Assembly (NCBI GenBank): GCA_030645355.1
Contig: JAUSNJ010000162.1
Coordinates: 19,031 to 83,030 of the forward strand
Direction of reading: 5' to 3'
Origin: Rhodoferax sp.
Lineage (GTDB): Bacteria; Pseudomonadota; Gammaproteobacteria; Burkholderiales; Burkholderiaceae_C
DNA: 64,000 bases
Below are positions 19,988 to 29,623 of this stretch, piece after piece. The position numbers were made by a program, and so were the translations under genes. The notes beneath the pieces are model-generated. The model saw nothing but the letters and a program-made list of their open reading frames with translations. It ran no database searches and had not been told where the DNA came from. Numbering within the stretch: position 1 is the first letter of the stretch; each line of letters opens with the position of its first letter.

Positions 19988-21616
19988 TTGAAAACAAGTC
20001 AGAGTCCATTCATGGCGCGGGCCGTGATCATTGGTCTTGCATCCGCTGCGCTGGGGGCATGCGGTGGTGGGAGTGTTGTAGACGGTATCGCGTCGCTTCC
20101 AGCCGCCAGCGACAACATCGCCATCAATCCCACCGGTGCTTGCACCATGCAGGGCATTGGGGCGACGTTGCTCACGGTGGATGCACCGGTCAGCATCCTG
20201 GGAGTGAGCACGGGCACCACGGGTTCAGCCGCATCGGACAAGCCGTATTGCCTGGTCAAGGTGAAAGTCGATCCGCAGGTCAACATTTGGGTTTCGCTGC
20301 CTGCCGGCGCCTGGAATGGCAGGTTTCGCGCCGAGGGAAACGGTGTCTACGCGGGCTCGTTACAACTGGCCCCGGCCGTCGATTCCATTCGGCAGGGGTT
20401 TGCGGGCGCGACAACCGACACCGGCCACGCGGGCTTCTTTCTCTCCGGCGCCTTCGGCATGGAGTCGCCCGGCAAGGCGAACACGCAATTGCAGACGGAC
20501 TTTGCCCACCGGTCGGAACACCTGATGGCCGTCATCGGCAAGCAACTGGTGAAGGCTTTCTATAGCGCAGACCCCGTGCGCTCGTATTGGTACGGCTGCT
20601 CCACTGGCGGGCGCCAGGGCCTGATGATGGCCCAGCGCTACCCTGCCGACTACGACGCCATTCTCGCGGGCGCACCGGCGATTCAATGGGACCGGTTCCA
20701 GGCCTACCAGATCTGGCCGCAAGTGGTGATGCAGGCGGATGCCGGTGGCCCGCTCTCCGCGGCCAAGCGTGAGCTGGCCACCAGCCGCGCGGTAGCGGCC
20801 TGCGACGCCGCGGATGGCGTGACCGATGGTGTAATCGGAGACCCGCGCCTGTGCACCTACGACCCAACCCAGGACGTGCAGATCACGCGGGCGGGCTGCG
20901 CGTCCACCGATGGAACCTGCCTTGCTCCAGGCGAAGCCAGTGCATTGCAAAAGATCTGGGGCGGCGCGCGCAACACGGCGGGGCAACTCTTGTGGCCCGG
21001 CGTGGAGCGCGGTGCGGACCTGGCTGCGTTGGCCGGGACGCCGCCGTTTCCCATACCGATCGAGCAGGCCCGGTACTGGGTGTACTTTGACCCCAACTGG
21101 GATTGGACAACGCTCAATCTCACCAACTACGAGACCTTCTTCAACAAGAATGCCGAGATGGTGGGGCCGATCATGGCAACCGACAACCCCGACATTTCCG
21201 CCTTCAAAAAGCGTGGTGGCAAGGTCATCATCTACCACGGCTGGGCTGACAACCTCATCATGCCGCAGGGCACCGTGCGCTACTACGACCGCGTGAAACA
21301 GACCGTCAGCGCGTCTGACGACTTCTCGCGGCTCTACATGGTGCCAGGCATGGGCCACTGTGGCGGCGGAGCGGGCGTCAACGAGTTTGGCCAAGGATCC
21401 AGCGGCGCAGTTCCCGCCGAGCCGAAGCGTGACATCTTCCGTGCGCTCATGGCCTGGTCAGAGAAGGGGCAGGCTCCGGCCGATATCACGGCGTCACGGT
21501 TCGTGAACGGCGCCCTGACGCGCACCCGGCCGTTGTGCCCGTATCCACAGGTGGCCAAGTACAAGGGTGCCGGGAGCACGGATGACGCCGCGAACTTTGT
21601 CTGCGCCGCGCCCTGA
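19988..21616 (+). CDS. tannase/feruloyl esterase-family lipoprotein
   Basis: Lipobox LGAC, WNGRF, GCSTGGRQG, HGWAD, PGMGHC (CS-D-HC motif), RPLCPYP; TTG start after AGGAGA (alternative ATG 20012). Confidence 0.9.
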   Translation: MKTSQSPFMARAVIIGLASAALGACGGGSVVDGIASLPAASDNIAINPTGACTMQGIGATLLTVDAPVSILGVSTGTTGSAASDKPYCLVKVKVDPQVNIWVSLPAGAWNGRFRAEGNGVYAGSLQLAPAVDSIRQGFAGATTDTGHAGFFLSGAFGMESPGKANTQLQTDFAHRSEHLMAVIGKQLVKAFYSADPVRSYWYGCSTGGRQGLMMAQRYPADYDAILAGAPAIQWDRFQAYQIWPQVVMQADAGGPLSAAKRELATSRAVAACDAADGVTDGVIGDPRLCTYDPTQDVQITRAGCASTDGTCLAPGEASALQKIWGGARNTAGQLLWPGVERGADLAALAGTPPFPIPIEQARYWVYFDPNWDWTTLNLTNYETFFNKNAEMVGPIMATDNPDISAFKKRGGKVIIYHGWADNLIMPQGTVRYYDRVKQTVSASDDFSRLYMVPGMGHCGGGAGVNEFGQGSSGAVPAEPKRDIFRALMAWSEKGQAPADITASRFVNGALTRTRPLCPYPQVAKYKGAGSTDDAANFVCAAP

Positions 21617-21646
21617 AGCACCAACGGGCGAATAGCTTGCCCGAAG

Positions 21647-22462
21647 TCAGGCCTTGGGCGCCACCACATCCAACGGAAACTGCGTGCACCCCAGGCGCGC
21701 CGAGATGTCGCGGCTGGCCTCGGTCAGCATGGCCACCACCTCGCCCTGGCGGGCCGGGTCGTAGCGAAAGGTCGGGAATGAAATGCTCATGCCGGCAATG
21801 GGGCGGTTCAACCGGTCAAAGATGGGCACGCCCAGGCAGCGGATGTGGTCATCAAACTCTTCGCGGTCTTCACCAAAGCCTTGCGCCTTGACGCGCTCCA
21901 GCTCCTCTGCAAAAGCCGCTGGCTCCACGATCGTCTTGTCGCGGTACTTGGTGAACTCGGCGCCCTTGAGGATCATGGCGCGGCGCTCCGGGTGTTCCCA
22001 GGCCATCAGCACCTTGCCAATGGCCGTGCAGTGCAACGGCGCGCGCCGGCCCACCTTGGAGTACATGCCCAGCATGTGGCGCGAGTCCACCTTGTGCACA
22101 TAGATGATTTCGCTGTCGATCAACGTACCGAGGTGCACGGTTTCGCCAGTCTTGTCGGCCAGCATCTGCATGTGGTGTTTGGCCAGATCGACCAGCTCCG
22201 GGTATTGCAGGGCCTTGGTGCCCAGCTCGAACACCTTCATCGTCAGGCCATAGCGTTCACTGTCGGCCTCCTGGCGCACATAACCCAGCGTCATCATGGT
22301 TTGCAGGAAACGGTAGACCGTCGCCTTGGGCATGGCCAGACGCACGGACAGATCCGAAATACCGGTTTCGCTGCGGTCCGCCAGCGCTTGCAACAAGCCA
22401 AAGGTCTTGAGGACGGCCGCCACCGACTCCGGTTGCTTGGAGTCTAAGGAATCATCATCCAT
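21647..22462 (-). CDS. kdgR: IclR-family pectin/KDG regulon repressor
   Basis: QPESVAAVLKTF...KATVYRFLQTM..LGYV.Q, MYSKVGRRAPLHCTAIGK closely follow enterobacterial KdgR; pectin-locus context. Confidence 0.88.
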   Translation of the reverse strand: MDDDSLDSKQPESVAAVLKTFGLLQALADRSETGISDLSVRLAMPKATVYRFLQTMMTLGYVRQEADSERYGLTMKVFELGTKALQYPELVDLAKHHMQMLADKTGETVHLGTLIDSEIIYVHKVDSRHMLGMYSKVGRRAPLHCTAIGKVLMAWEHPERRAMILKGAEFTKYRDKTIVEPAAFAEELERVKAQGFGEDREEFDDHIRCLGVPIFDRLNRPIAGMSISFPTFRYDPARQGEVVAMLTEASRDISARLGCTQFPLDVVAPKA

Positions 22463-22477
22463 TTGTTTTGTTTTCTC

Positions 22478-22492
22478 TGAAAATATGTTTCA
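22478..22492. promoter_or_regulatory. KdgR box upstream of kdgR (autoregulation)
   Basis: TGAAAATATGTTTCA, matching TGAAAC-N3-GTTTCA with one mismatch. Confidence 0.7.
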
Positions 22493-22528
22493 AATTATAT
22501 TGTGAAGCCTCTTCTTTGGGGGGAATGA

Positions 22529-23812
22529 CTACTTCAACAGCAATTGTGGCAGCCACATCGAAAACGCAGGCACATAGGTGACCAGCATCAGCGCGACGAT
22601 CAGTCCACCGTAAAACGGCCAGATGGTCTTCATGACCTCCCCCACCGAGATACCGCCAATCGTGCAGCCGACAAACTGTGTCGTGCCCACGGGTGGTGTG
22701 TTCAAGCCCAATGCGCAGTTGATCAGGATGACGATGCCGAACTGCTCGGTGCTCATTCCCATCTGCTGGCAAATCGGCAAAAAGATGGGGGTGCAGATCA
22801 GGATGGTGGCCGCCATGTCCAGAAACGTACCCAGCACAAACAGGATGATGTTGACCCACAGGAAGATGACCCAGGGTTTGGTGCTGACGCTGCCCAGCAA
22901 CTGGCCGGTCAGCTCCGCCACGCCGTACAGGCCGATCAGGTAGCCAAACATCGAGCTGATACCAATGAGCAGCAGCACCGAGCCGGTGGCCTTGACTGCC
23001 TTGGCAGCGGCCTTCAGAAACTGCTCGCGGGTGAGGCGTTTGTACACCAGCGTTGCCAGAAACAGTGCCCAGACCACGGCCACCGACGCGGACTCGGTGG
23101 CGGTAAACGCACCCGACAGAATGCCCGCAATGATGATGACTACCACCAGCAGGCCCGGCAGGGACTGCAGGAAGGATCGCCACACAATCGCCCAGCCGGG
23201 AAACGTACCAGCCGGGTAGCCGCGCTTGACCGCCACCGCGTAGGCCGCGACCAGGTTGCAGATAGTGAGCAGAATGGCGGGCACAATGCCTGCCAGAATC
23301 AGCGCCGCAATGCTGACCTTGCCGCTGGCCGCCAGCGTAAAGATGATCAGGTTGTGGCTGGTGGGCATCAGCGCCCCGACCAGCGACGCATGGGTGGTGA
23401 CGTTGACCGCATAGTCGGCGTCATACCCCGCCTTCTTCATCTGCGGAATCAGCACGGCCCCCATCGCCGACACGTCGGCAACCGGTGAGCCGGACACGCC
23501 ACCAAACAGCGTGCAGGCCAGCACATTGCTCATGCCCAGGCCGCCACGCACATGGCCCGCCAGTGACTTGGCGAAATCCACAATGCGGTCGGCAATGCCG
23601 CCATACATCATGATTTCCCCGGCAAAGATGAAGAACGGGATGGCCAGGAACGAAAACGGGCTCATGCCGGAAATCATTTGCTGGAAACCCACGGCTAGCG
23701 GCATGCCCTCGAAGAGCAGGGTCGCCAGCGAGGAAAGGCCGATGGAAAACGCCACCGGCACGCCCAGCAGCAACAGCAGCGTGAAGCTCACGCACAGAAT
23801 GGTCAGTGCCAT
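22529..23812 (-). CDS. TRAP transporter large permease (DctM family)
   Basis: LAIPFFIFAGE, GGVSGS..AD, TATES, TPPVG motifs; start MALTILCV. Confidence 0.92.
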   Translation of the reverse strand: MALTILCVSFTLLLLLGVPVAFSIGLSSLATLLFEGMPLAVGFQQMISGMSPFSFLAIPFFIFAGEIMMYGGIADRIVDFAKSLAGHVRGGLGMSNVLACTLFGGVSGSPVADVSAMGAVLIPQMKKAGYDADYAVNVTTHASLVGALMPTSHNLIIFTLAASGKVSIAALILAGIVPAILLTICNLVAAYAVAVKRGYPAGTFPGWAIVWRSFLQSLPGLLVVVIIIAGILSGAFTATESASVAVVWALFLATLVYKRLTREQFLKAAAKAVKATGSVLLLIGISSMFGYLIGLYGVAELTGQLLGSVSTKPWVIFLWVNIILFVLGTFLDMAATILICTPIFLPICQQMGMSTEQFGIVILINCALGLNTPPVGTTQFVGCTIGGISVGEVMKTIWPFYGGLIVALMLVTYVPAFSMWLPQLLLK

Positions 23813-24291
23813 GCGGGCTCCACATCGGTATGGCGCAACAGCGCGATGATGTGCTCCAGGGAGAACACGGCGATCAACACGCCCGCACCCGCCGGTGGCA
23901 GGTATTTCATGGCCTCTGACACGCCCAGCGTGGGGATCTTGTAGTCCCATACGCTGACCGCCAGCACGCCGCAGTTGTAGGCCATGACCAGTCCAAAGAC
24001 AAGCACCAGTGCCTGGATCAGCAGCTCCAGTTTCAGTCGAATCGCATCCGGCGCCAGCACCAGCAGGGACTCCAGGCCGATGTGCCCGGCGTCGCGCACG
24101 CCCACGGCCATGCCCAGCATGGTCACATAGAGCACCAACAGCACGGCGCCGCTCTCGGCCCAGGTGGGCGTGTCGTTGAACACATAGCGGCCTATGACCT
24201 GGTAGAGCACGGCCAGCACCAGAAGCACCAGACCGCCAACGCCCAGTTGCAGACACAGCCGCGCCAGCGCGGCGCAAAAACGGGTGTACAT
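23803..24291 (-). CDS. TRAP transporter small permease (DctQ family)
   Basis: QVIGRYVFN.TPTWAE, HIG motifs; 4 TM segments. Confidence 0.9.
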   Translation of the reverse strand: MYTRFCAALARLCLQLGVGGLVLLVLAVLYQVIGRYVFNDTPTWAESGAVLLVLYVTMLGMAVGVRDAGHIGLESLLVLAPDAIRLKLELLIQALVLVFGLVMAYNCGVLAVSVWDYKIPTLGVSEAMKYLPPAGAGVLIAVFSLEHIIALLRHTDVEPAWH

Positions 24292-24302
24292 CGGCGTGTG
24301 TC

Positions 24303-25280
24303 TTACTTGACGGCGTTGATGCGCTTGACCATGTCCTGCAGCTTGGGGTCTTTCAGGAACTTGTCATACACCGGCTTCATGGCGGCCTGGAAGCTGGCTT
24401 TGTCGACTTCCACAATCTGTACGCCCGCGGCCTTGACGATGGCCAGCGACTTTTCTTCACGCTCATCCCACAGTTTGCGCATATAGGAAACTGACTCTTT
24501 GGCAGCCGCGCGAATCTGCTTTTGCTCGTCGGGTGACAGGGTGTCCCATATCTTCTTGGAGAACAGCAAAATCTCGGGCGCCAGCGAGTGCTCGGTCTTG
24601 TTGTAGAAGCGGGCCACCTCGAAGTGACGGGAGCTCTCATAACTGGGGTAGTTGTTCTCCGCCGCATCCACCAGCCCGGTCTTCAGCGCGGTGTAGACCT
24701 CGCCAAAGGGCATGGGCGTGGCGTTGGCGCCCATGGCTTCCAGCAACGAGACCCACAGGTCGCTTTGCTGCACACGCACCTTCAGGCCCTTGGCGTCGGC
24801 CAGCGTCTTGACCGGCTTCTTGACGGTGTACATGGAGCGTGCACCGGAGTCATAGAACGCCAGGCCGATGAAGCCCTGGGCCTCGCAGTCCTTCAGGATC
24901 TCGTCGCCGATAGCGCCGTCCAGCACCTTACGCATGTGCTCGGTGGATCGGAACAAAAAGGGCATGGTGGGGACCATGGTGGCCGCGCAGATGTTGTTCA
25001 TGGGCGCTACATTCACGCGCGTCATGGCGATGGCGCCCAGCTTGGTCTGCTCAATGGTGTCTTTCTCAATGCCCAGCGCCGACTTGGAAAACACTTTGAT
25101 GCTGTGCTTGCCGTTGGTGGCCTTGCTCAGTTCCTCCCCCATGTGGCGAACCGCCAGCACGGTGGGATAGTCGTCCGGGTGAATGTCGGCCGAACGGAAC
25201 TCCGTGGCCCAGGCGCTGGCGACGGCCAGCAGGGATGCGGCTGCGATCAGTGGCTTGATAAGGTTTGTGCGGTAGGTCAT
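24303..25280 (-). CDS. TRAP solute-binding protein (DctP family, uronate-type by context)
   Basis: Signal peptide, [26 protein letters not shown]. Confidence 0.92.
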   Translation of the reverse strand: MTYRTNLIKPLIAAASLLAVASAWATEFRSADIHPDDYPTVLAVRHMGEELSKATNGKHSIKVFSKSALGIEKDTIEQTKLGAIAMTRVNVAPMNNICAATMVPTMPFLFRSTEHMRKVLDGAIGDEILKDCEAQGFIGLAFYDSGARSMYTVKKPVKTLADAKGLKVRVQQSDLWVSLLEAMGANATPMPFGEVYTALKTGLVDAAENNYPSYESSRHFEVARFYNKTEHSLAPEILLFSKKIWDTLSPDEQKQIRAAAKESVSYMRKLWDEREEKSLAIVKAAGVQIVEVDKASFQAAMKPVYDKFLKDPKLQDMVKRINAVK

Positions 25281-25328
25281 GCAAGTGTCTCCTCTTGTGG
25301 TGGTGAAAAACTAGGGTGGTGGTAGCAA

Positions 25329-26963
25329 CTAGGGCAAGGCGCGGTAGGTCAGATTGGAGAAGCGCACAGCCCCCCTGCCTGCGGCATACAGCGCGGGGCG
25401 CAAACTCATGAAGCCGTAGGCGACGTTGTGGTGGTAGCCACTGACGTCCATTTGCGTGCCGTACTTCAACCACGTGGCTCCGTTGTCGGTGGAGGTGTGG
25501 ATGGTCAGGATGTGGCGGTTGTTGGTCACGCGCATCCGCAGCGTGTTGTGCATGCCCGGAGGCTTGGGGCTGTTGCGTTGGTCCATGCCGTAGCGGTGCA
25601 AAACGAAGTTCTTGGCATTGACACCCAGGCCCGCGTACAGCTTGTCGTTGTAGAACAGCAAAACCCCGGCCTGGGCCTGGTCATCGACATCCATATCGAC
25701 CTCCAACTGGTAGGCCTGATCACCCGCCAGGAAAGTGATGGGCGAGGTGTTGGCAGGTGAACTGCCTTTGGCCTTGAGTTCCAGCGTCCGGCCCAGGTAG
25801 CGCACGCGGTCCATCTCATGGGCCTCGCCTTTGAAGAAACTCCACTGCACGCCAAACTTGTTGGTGGAGAAGTCGTCCGACAAGCGCAGTCCATGGGGCA
25901 ACACGCTACCGCCCTGCGGCTTGGGCAATGGCGCACCGTCGTCCACATCCTTGGCCCTGAACCATCCATCGGGCGTCCACTCCACTGCGGCCAGCAATGT
26001 CTGGCGGCCCAGGGTGTGGAAGCCGTTCTCATAGCCGTGGTACACCATGTACCAGTCTTTGCCGTTCGGCCCCTCCACCAGCGTGGCATGGCCTTTGGAC
26101 CACCACCTTTCAGCCGCAGTGCGGGTTCGAACAATCGGGTTGTAGGGGGAGTTTTCCCAAGGCCCATGGATGGATTTGGACCGCGCGGACACCACCATGT
26201 GCCCGGTGGGCGGGCCAGCGGTTCCACCCAGGGCCAGGGTCATGTAAAAGTACTCACCCCGGCGCATCATCTTGGGCCCCTCCTGGGAGTAGCTCTCCAC
26301 GTCCCACTCATCGGGGTACTTCCAGCCGTCGTAGACATGGGTCATGGGACCGGTGATGCGCAGCCCGTCATCGGACAGGGGCACGCGGTCGCCATGCGAC
26401 AGAAACAGATAGCGCTTGCCGTCTTCCCCCACGATGTGCCCGGGGTCTATGCGTGCATTGTTCAGGGCAACCGGGGCCGACCACGGGCCACGGATGTCTG
26501 TTGCGTGCACCACATAGATGTTGTCGTTGCCCGGTTGCTTGACCGGGATATAGACGTAGTAGAGGTCACCGTGCTTGGTCAACTCGGGGGCCCAGACGCT
26601 ACCGAGGTATTGCGTCAATGCCGGGCCCATGGGCGTCCAGTTGACCAGATCGCGCGAATGCCAGATCGTGACACCTGGATTGGCCTCGAACGACGAGAAC
26701 GTCATGTAGTAGTCGTCCCCATCTCTGAGGATGCTGGGGTCCGGATGGTCGCCCGCCAGGATGGGGTTCAGGTAGCGCCCATCACCCAGATCGGCCTTGC
26801 GCTGCCCTTCAATCCCTTGTGCCCAGGTTTGGCAGGGGCGCAGGTAGGCGTTTCCTGGAGACGCCTGACAATCTGCAGCCGCGGGTGGCGCCGCTGCTGC
26901 CAATCCTGGCAGTACCAGCAACGCCAGCACCCACAAGAATCGATAGCGCGCGATGTTCTGCAT
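25329..26963 (-). CDS. GH43 beta-xylosidase/alpha-arabinofuranosidase with C-terminal beta-sandwich
   Basis: NPILAGDHPDPSI, WAP, IDP, EGP catalytic motifs; signal peptide. Confidence 0.9.
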   Translation of the reverse strand: MQNIARYRFLWVLALLVLPGLAAAAPPAAADCQASPGNAYLRPCQTWAQGIEGQRKADLGDGRYLNPILAGDHPDPSILRDGDDYYMTFSSFEANPGVTIWHSRDLVNWTPMGPALTQYLGSVWAPELTKHGDLYYVYIPVKQPGNDNIYVVHATDIRGPWSAPVALNNARIDPGHIVGEDGKRYLFLSHGDRVPLSDDGLRITGPMTHVYDGWKYPDEWDVESYSQEGPKMMRRGEYFYMTLALGGTAGPPTGHMVVSARSKSIHGPWENSPYNPIVRTRTAAERWWSKGHATLVEGPNGKDWYMVYHGYENGFHTLGRQTLLAAVEWTPDGWFRAKDVDDGAPLPKPQGGSVLPHGLRLSDDFSTNKFGVQWSFFKGEAHEMDRVRYLGRTLELKAKGSSPANTSPITFLAGDQAYQLEVDMDVDDQAQAGVLLFYNDKLYAGLGVNAKNFVLHRYGMDQRNSPKPPGMHNTLRMRVTNNRHILTIHTSTDNGATWLKYGTQMDVSGYHHNVAYGFMSLRPALYAAGRGAVRFSNLTYRALP

Positions 26964-26966
26964 AGC

Positions 26967-28280
26967 CTAGTGCGACCGGGCGGCCACGAGAGAAGCCCAC
27001 CCAGCTTTGGGACTCATATCGTTCAGGTTCCACTCCGCTTCACGGAACGGACGATGGGTGGGCGGATACCGGGGGTAGCCCATGGCGTTGTCAACTTCAG
27101 AGTCAATGATCTGGCCACGGCCTTCCGCGACATCGGACAACAGTTTGAAGTCGATGGGGTCACGCGCCCACGGCCTTGCACCGGCCGCCAGCGGCAGCGC
27201 GCGCTCCAGGTCCTGCGCCGGGAATACCTTGATGTCCGGGGGCAGGTAGGGTTTCTCCACCGTCAGGATACGTGCCTGACTGGCGGTGTAGACACCGATA
27301 TGCGCCACGGCCTGGCCCACATCATTGACGGCGATGTTGTCCCGCAGATAAAGCTCGACATCCCCATGGCCGCCCAGCGCAAACAGCGGCGTATTGGCCT
27401 TGGTGTCCGGACCGTGGCGGTAGACGTTGCCGACAAGGGTCACCTTGCCGCTCACATAGTCATGTCCGCTCCACTCATGGGCCACCAGGTTGTAGTGCAC
27501 GGCCTTGAGCCCGGGGTTGAAGATGAGGTTGTTGACCATCGCAGCTTGCGCACCGCCTTTGAACAGCGCGTTGCGCTCCCGATTGGAGGCGTACACGTTG
27601 CCAAACAGCAGGATCTCGGTGGCGTTGTCATGCACCAGCGTGCCCTTGGAGTGCTCTCCCTTCTCATGAACGGAGTGGGCCAGCCCTTCGTAGATCAGGT
27701 TGTAGCTGTAGGTGATGGCGTGCGAGGTATTGCGCCGCCAGTCATCGGGGCCCGCTCCGTCAAAGCGGGGGCCACCAACGGACAGGTTTTCGTCCGTTGC
27801 CCACGACAGCGAGCAGTGGTCCACGATGACATGGTGTGCTGCACCAACGGTCGCGATACCGTCCTGGTCGTGGCCACTGCGTTTGGCCCGGCCAAACTCA
27901 CCCGGGCGAAACATCATGTGCTGGATGATCACATCATGGGTGGCGATATTCGTCTGCGCCTTGATCACGGTAATGCCAGGATGTGGCGCCGTCTGGCCCG
28001 CAATCGTCAGGTTAGGATGCTTGATGGTGATGTTGTTGCCACCCATGTCGATGACGCCACCCACCTCGAACACGACGATGCGTGGCCCCTGCGCCTCAAC
28101 GGCCTCACGGTACGAGCCCGGACCGGACGCATTGAGGTTGCTAACGCGCACAATGCGACCACCGCGACCACCACTGGTGCCGCTGGCCCAGCCCTGTACA
28201 TCGTAGGTAAACGGATTCATCTGGGCATGGGCAGCGGCACCCGCCAGCGCCAGCCCCAGCAGCCACGCGATGGCTTTCAT
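26967..28280 (-). CDS. pectate lyase, PL1 family
   Basis: GGRGG.I..V.NLN.SGPGS.R, IAGQTAP..GI, VIVDHCSLSW..DE; signal peptide. Confidence 0.85.
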   Translation of the reverse strand: MKAIAWLLGLALAGAAAHAQMNPFTYDVQGWASGTSGGRGGRIVRVSNLNASGPGSYREAVEAQGPRIVVFEVGGVIDMGGNNITIKHPNLTIAGQTAPHPGITVIKAQTNIATHDVIIQHMMFRPGEFGRAKRSGHDQDGIATVGAAHHVIVDHCSLSWATDENLSVGGPRFDGAGPDDWRRNTSHAITYSYNLIYEGLAHSVHEKGEHSKGTLVHDNATEILLFGNVYASNRERNALFKGGAQAAMVNNLIFNPGLKAVHYNLVAHEWSGHDYVSGKVTLVGNVYRHGPDTKANTPLFALGGHGDVELYLRDNIAVNDVGQAVAHIGVYTASQARILTVEKPYLPPDIKVFPAQDLERALPLAAGARPWARDPIDFKLLSDVAEGRGQIIDSEVDNAMGYPRYPPTHRPFREAEWNLNDMSPKAGWASLVAARSH

Positions 28281-29623
28281 GTCGACAGCCCCACGCTACG
28301 CAGCGCCAGGCGCATCCCGGCGGCGGAAATTCTGGCGCGCTGTGCGTTCACGGTCTCGTGCAGGCCGGGGATGGCGTCCATGGCGCGCTCCATCTGCGCG
28401 CCGGGCTCTGCAACGCCCTGTAGGGCAGCCGCCAGTGTTAGCACCAGGCGCGGCGGCAAGCATCCCAGGGTTTGGTGGAAGCGGCTAATCTGAGGCAGCA
28501 AGCGCACGATGCATTTGCTCTCCATGTTCAGCGCAATGGCGGTCAGCTGGTGCTGGATGTGCGGATTGCCAAAGCGCCGCAAGACATCGTCTGCATAGGC
28601 CCTTGACTCAGCTTCCGGAAACGGCAGCGCCGGAATGATTTCTTCCCACAGCGTGGCGCGCAGGAAAGGGCCAAGGTCAGTGTCGGAAACCGCATCCCTC
28701 ACGGTGTGAATACCCGCCAGCAAGCCGACTGCGGCCAGCAATGTGTGCGCGCCGTTGAGAATGGCGACCTTGCGCAGGCGGATAGGTGCCAGGTCTGCTA
28801 CCCATTCCGCGTTAAGGCCCGCACGCTGCAAGGGCAACTCCAGCGCCACCGATGGCGGCGCTTCAATCGCCCAATAGTGGTAGCGCTCCCCCGTAACCAG
28901 AAAGTCGTCCCGGTAGCCCAACTCCGTCTGCACGAATTCGATTTCATCGGTGGGGTAACCCGTGACGATGCGGTCCACCAACGTGGAGCAGAAGTGGCAG
29001 GATTGGTCCAGCCAGGTTTGAAACGCCGGCTCCAGCTGCCACAGCACAACGTAGTGCAAAACGGCGGCGTGCAGGGCCGGGCCATTGGCCTCGATCAGCT
29101 CGCAGGGCAGCAGTACGACGCCTTTGTCAGCATCCCCACCAAAGCACACAAACCGCTCAAACAGCCACCGCGTGAGCTTGGCGGGAAAGGCTGCGGGTGG
29201 GCAATCGGTGTAGTGGTCCTGGGTGTTGACCGCTATGCCAGCCTCGGTGGTGTTGGAGACCACAAAGCGAACATCCGGGTTGTGGGCCAGTGCCAGATAG
29301 TCCGCAAAGTGGATGGACAGGTCGAGTTCACGTTGCACGCAGGTAATCTGGCGCGCATCCGTTTGCAATGTGCCGTTGGCGTCCAGCCCCCGCAGTACCG
29401 TGGTGTAACAACCAACCTGGGTATCCAGCAGGGGCGCCGTCGAGCGGGACGTGGGCCGAACGATAACGACGCCAAAGTCCAGGCCGCAACGTTCATTGAG
29501 TACATCCAGCTGCCAATCCACAAACCCGCGCAGAAAATTGCCCTGCCCGAACTGCAACACACGGATGGGCAACGTGAACGCTGTTGCGCGCCGCAATCGT
29601 GGCAATTCTGAAGTCAGGTTCAT
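28277..29623 (-). CDS. uxaB: tagaturonate reductase
   Basis: LQFGQGNFLRGF.D, SNTTEAGI, LPCELI, VDRIVTG, KVAILNGAHT. Confidence 0.9.
   Translation of the reverse strand: MNLTSELPRLRRATAFTLPIRVLQFGQGNFLRGFVDWQLDVLNERCGLDFGVVIVRPTSRSTAPLLDTQVGCYTTVLRGLDANGTLQTDARQITCVQRELDLSIHFADYLALAHNPDVRFVVSNTTEAGIAVNTQDHYTDCPPAAFPAKLTRWLFERFVCFGGDADKGVVLLPCELIEANGPALHAAVLHYVVLWQLEPAFQTWLDQSCHFCSTLVDRIVTGYPTDEIEFVQTELGYRDDFLVTGERYHYWAIEAPPSVALELPLQRAGLNAEWVADLAPIRLRKVAILNGAHTLLAAVGLLAGIHTVRDAVSDTDLGPFLRATLWEEIIPALPFPEAESRAYADDVLRRFGNPHIQHQLTAIALNMESKCIVRLLPQISRFHQTLGCLPPRLVLTLAAALQGVAEPGAQMERAMDAIPGLHETVNAQRARISAAGMRLALRSVGLST

Noticed and set aside
19988-21616. Calling the tannase-family protein MHETase
   Set aside because: Family and lipobox match, but the nucleophile motif is GCSTGGRQ rather than GCSEGGRE and there are no terephthalate genes nearby.
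22529-24277. Fused DctQM of 582 aa suggested by the ORF track
   Set aside because: The upstream part is an alternative frame of the separate dctQ gene; DctM begins at 23812.
25818-28493. 891-aa plus-strand ORF
   Set aside because: Antisense to well-supported GH43, PL1 and uxaB genes; no motifs; typical high-GC shadow ORF.
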